Assembly: GCA_002245135.1 (NCBI GenBank)
Contig: NGBS01000030.1
Span: 1 to 64,000, forward strand
Source: Proteromonas lacertae
Taxonomy: Eukaryota
DNA: 64,000 nucleotides
Direction: 5' to 3'
Shown here piece after piece: positions 61,456 through 64,000 of this stretch. Below the pieces are notes generated by a model that was not told where the DNA came from, ran no database searches, and was given only the letters and a program-made list of their open reading frames with translations. Each line of letters opens with the position of its first letter. Position 1 is the first letter of the stretch. Made by a program: the position numbers and the translations under genes.

Positions 61456-64000
61456 ATGCCAGAAACATCTGTAAACAATCTATCAGATGACTTCAGTAAA
61501 TATACTGAAGAATATTCTGAGAACTCACTTAATGAACTATTAGACGGCAAGGTAAAACAAGAGATATCTGAATACCAAAAGAAAATAGACTCTGAGAAAA
61601 ATAAATGTTTGACTCATTTAAACAAGTATACTGAGGAAATTGAAGAACATCAAAGGAATATAGATGAACTTAAACCACAAGCTGATAAAGAATGGGAAGA
61701 ATATAATAAATCTGGTAAAAAAGAACAAAAAGCCAGAAGTGAAGCTAACAAAAACCGAGAAAAAGCAATGAAAAAGGAAGCAAAGGAAGATGACGAAGAA
61801 ATATCAGAAGCAGCTAAAGCAGAAGAAGAAGCTGCTAGATTAAAAGCAAGCGAAAGTGTAAAATACAGTAAAGATGCTTCAAATCACTTAGAGAACTATG
61901 AAGGATTACAGCAAGAAATAGACAAAGAAACAGAATTACGTAATGACAAAAGGAATAGAAAAGAGCAATTAGAACTTGCTGATGAATGGCTAGATTTCTT
62001 CGATAAGGAAGCTGAATATATAACACATTTACATAAACACAATTACTTCTGTAGAAGACTCCATACATATCAAGATTTAGTAGTAAGATTATTAGACTTG
62101 AAAAGTAAATACTGTGAAAGAGATAATAAGAAATTAGTTGAATTAGGAGAATTATTTACAAAAGAATCGAAATGTGTAACTGAAATATTTAGACAATTCT
62201 ATTGTGATTGTTATTTAGAAATATCTCACTTACTAGAGGATGCACAAAATGAGAAATCAATTAAAAACTTTAAGATAATTAGAGGATATAATGATTTGAT
62301 TAAGCAATATAAAGATCTATGTAATACTGAAGAGGAATTAGTTACTCCAGAATTATTAAGTCTTGAGAATGGTAATAGAATAGTAACAATGGCATTAGAT
62401 ACAGACTCACCCTGTCCAGCTATTGATTTAGTGTTAGAAGAAGACTGTGCACTTGATTTTATCACTCCTTCTGAGGATGTTGATGAAGTAAAATCATTAT
62501 TTAAGAATATATTATCATCTAGAAAAGAGTTGATTAATATAGAAGGGAAGTATTTTGAAGAAGTTAAAAAGAGTGTTGCTAATTATATGAAAACATGTTT
62601 TGATAGTGTTAAAAGTATTGCTAAAGATATAGAAACATCAAAATCCAATACAGTTGCTTTAACAAAGAGTTATAATAAACATCATACATCCTTTGATTTA
62701 TCAAGTAAGGGGTTCGAAAATAATTTGGAATCAAAAAATACCCCAATTAAAGAAATGAAATCATTGATAGAAAAAGAGAATAATGTTATTAAAGAACAAT
62801 ATTTACAATCAGTTGTAGTTGAATTAGGTAAAATCAGATCAGATCCATTAGATTGTGGTTTAGAGCAATTCAAAACATTGAGACAAATTGATATATATAA
62901 TGTAGCGAATGATGTTTTATCATGTGCCAAAATAACCAATGAGTTTTATTTAATATTATTACCACTTCGTGAAACAAAACAAAGATTATTAGAAGAGAAT
63001 TATAAGTATCAATGGTTTGTAGCTTTGTTTAAACTGATTGAATTGGGTATAATAAGTGGTGGCCCAATGAATAAAGATGAATATATAGGACAATTAGCAG
63101 ATGATATAGATGCTGCAATTAAGAAAATAGAAACTGTAAAAGATGATTTAAGTTCAACTTATACAACAGTAGAGACTAAAATGATAGAATTAGATAAACA
63201 ACTAGAATCAATGATAATTAAAGCTGATGAATTTAATGTTTATAGAGATGATGATATATATCGTAATCTAACAAATGAAGCACATTATTGTGGTAGACAA
63301 TTAGGTAATACAAGAGAATCATTGAGTTATCAATATGCATTAATAGAGAAAAGTCAAAAGAATTGTGAAAAACTATTGGAACAATGGGATTATATGAAGA
63401 AAAAGATTGATAGTTTATCAAATGGAGAATTAGAACAAAGAAATTTATTACAAGAACAACAAGTTGATGAGAATAATGAGAATGAGAATGAACAAGAATT
63501 TAGTAATGATGAAAATATAGAAGTTAATAACAATAATAATATAGTGAGTGAAAAAATACCATGTCCACCAACTAATTCACCTGAGAATATGTCTAATAAT
63601 TATGATGATGATGATAATAACATAGAAGATGATCCAAATGAACCAGTAACAGTACAACAACAACAAGAAATTGAAACACCCAATAAAGTGGATGAGATTC
63701 AAGATTCAGAAGTTGTTGAGAATTTCAATAATGATGATGGTGAGAATAGAAAGGAATCAGTTCAAGAAATACCAGCTCCAGCTGTTTCTACTGATGATTT
63801 TAAGTTTAGTGTTGAACAGAATGAAGTAGAAGCTGTAAATGAAACAGAAGGAGTTATAAAACCTGAAGCTCCATCAGAAGAGCATTTGAGTACAGTTTCA
63901 CCCCCTGACGAACCACCACTTGAAGAATCTCCACAACCACCACTTGAAGAATCTCCACAACCACAACCTCAAGAACAAGAACAAGAGCAACCTCAAGAGC
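61456..64000 (+). CDS. Large helical/coiled-coil hypothetical protein with acidic E/P/Q-rich repeats, runs off the window end (absent from ORF track)
   Basis: Open frame from ATG 61456 (MPETSVNNLSDDFSKY...) with no stop found up to the window edge (>840 codons). Confidence 0.85.
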   Translation, partial: MPETSVNNLSDDFSKYTEEYSENSLNELLDGKVKQEISEYQKKIDSEKNKCLTHLNKYTEEIEEHQRNIDELKPQADKEWEEYNKSGKKEQKARSEANKNREKAMKKEAKEDDEEISEAAKAEEEAARLKASESVKYSKDASNHLENYEGLQQEIDKETELRNDKRNRKEQLELADEWLDFFDKEAEYITHLHKHNYFCRRLHTYQDLVVRLLDLKSKYCERDNKKLVELGELFTKESKCVTEIFRQFYCDCYLEISHLLEDAQNEKSIKNFKIIRGYNDLIKQYKDLCNTEEELVTPELLSLENGNRIVTMALDTDSPCPAIDLVLEEDCALDFITPSEDVDEVKSLFKNILSSRKELINIEGKYFEEVKKSVANYMKTCFDSVKSIAKDIETSKSNTVALTKSYNKHHTSFDLSSKGFENNLESKNTPIKEMKSLIEKENNVIKEQYLQSVVVELGKIRSDPLDCGLEQFKTLRQIDIYNVANDVLSCAKITNEFYLILLPLRETKQRLLEENYKYQWFVALFKLIELGIISGGPMNKDEYIGQLADDIDAAIKKIETVKDDLSSTYTTVETKMIELDKQLESMIIKADEFNVYRDDDIYRNLTNEAHYCGRQLGNTRESLSYQYALIEKSQKNCEKLLEQWDYMKKKIDSLSNGELEQRNLLQEQQVDENNENENEQEFSNDENIEVNNNNNIVSEKIPCPPTNSPENMSNNYDDDDNNIEDDPNEPVTVQQQQEIETPNKVDEIQDSEVVENFNNDDGENRKESVQEIPAPAVSTDDFKFSVEQNEVEAVNETEGVIKPEAPSEEHLSTVSPPDEPPLEESPQPPLEESPQPQPQEQEQEQPQE
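63912..63963 (+). repeat. 24-bp coding tandem repeat (PPLEESPQ x2)
   Basis: accaccacttgaagaatctccaca occurs twice in tandem. Confidence 0.85.

Noticed and set aside
1..64000. Alternative genetic code (stop-codon reassignment) as the cause of fragmented ORFs
   Set aside because: Conserved genes (AMPD, GCLC, Exo70, PPIL3) show no in-frame stops after splicing and TAA, TAG and TGA all end genes; breaks are explained by tiny introns or small indels.
1..64000. CRISPR arrays, tRNA/rRNA genes, transposons, telomeric repeats
   Set aside because: No repeat-spacer pattern, cloverleaf, rRNA-like GC-rich block, transposase/RT motif or terminal repeat recognised by eye; a covariance-model scan was not possible.

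Overview
Very AT-rich, gene-dense eukaryotic nuclear DNA using the standard genetic code. It has tiny GT-AG introns (about 26-45 nt) and short intergenic spacers. This organisation suggests a Blastocystis/Proteromonas-like stramenopile, which is an inference. About 29 protein-coding genes were reconstructed by hand, several missing from or fragmented in the ORF track. Housekeeping genes: AMP deaminase, glutamate-cysteine ligase, Exo70, NOP53, PPIL3 cyclophilin, CLPTM1, phosducin-like protein, sphingomyelin/IPC synthase, HAM1-type pyrophosphatase, HAD hydrolase, YbaK-type deacylase. The main discovery is a set of unusual receptor architectures. (1) A ~3,800-aa class C-type 7TM receptor whose ectodomain is nine tandem periplasmic-binding (Venus flytrap) modules resembling bacterial UrtA/AmiC urea/amide-binding proteins. 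(2) A Venus-flytrap + 7TM + RGS chimera. (3) A Frizzled-type cysteine-rich domain fused to a GPR107/TMEM87-like 7TM. Also notable: a frameshift-riddled LRR-CHAT protease-STAND NTPase gene, a His-less NDK/Dpy-30/paladin-phosphatase fusion, a GH47 pseudo-mannosidase and cilium-associated genes (MEIG1, NME5-like). No rRNA, tRNA, CRISPR or transposon was recognised. All domain calls come from motifs read by eye, not database searches.
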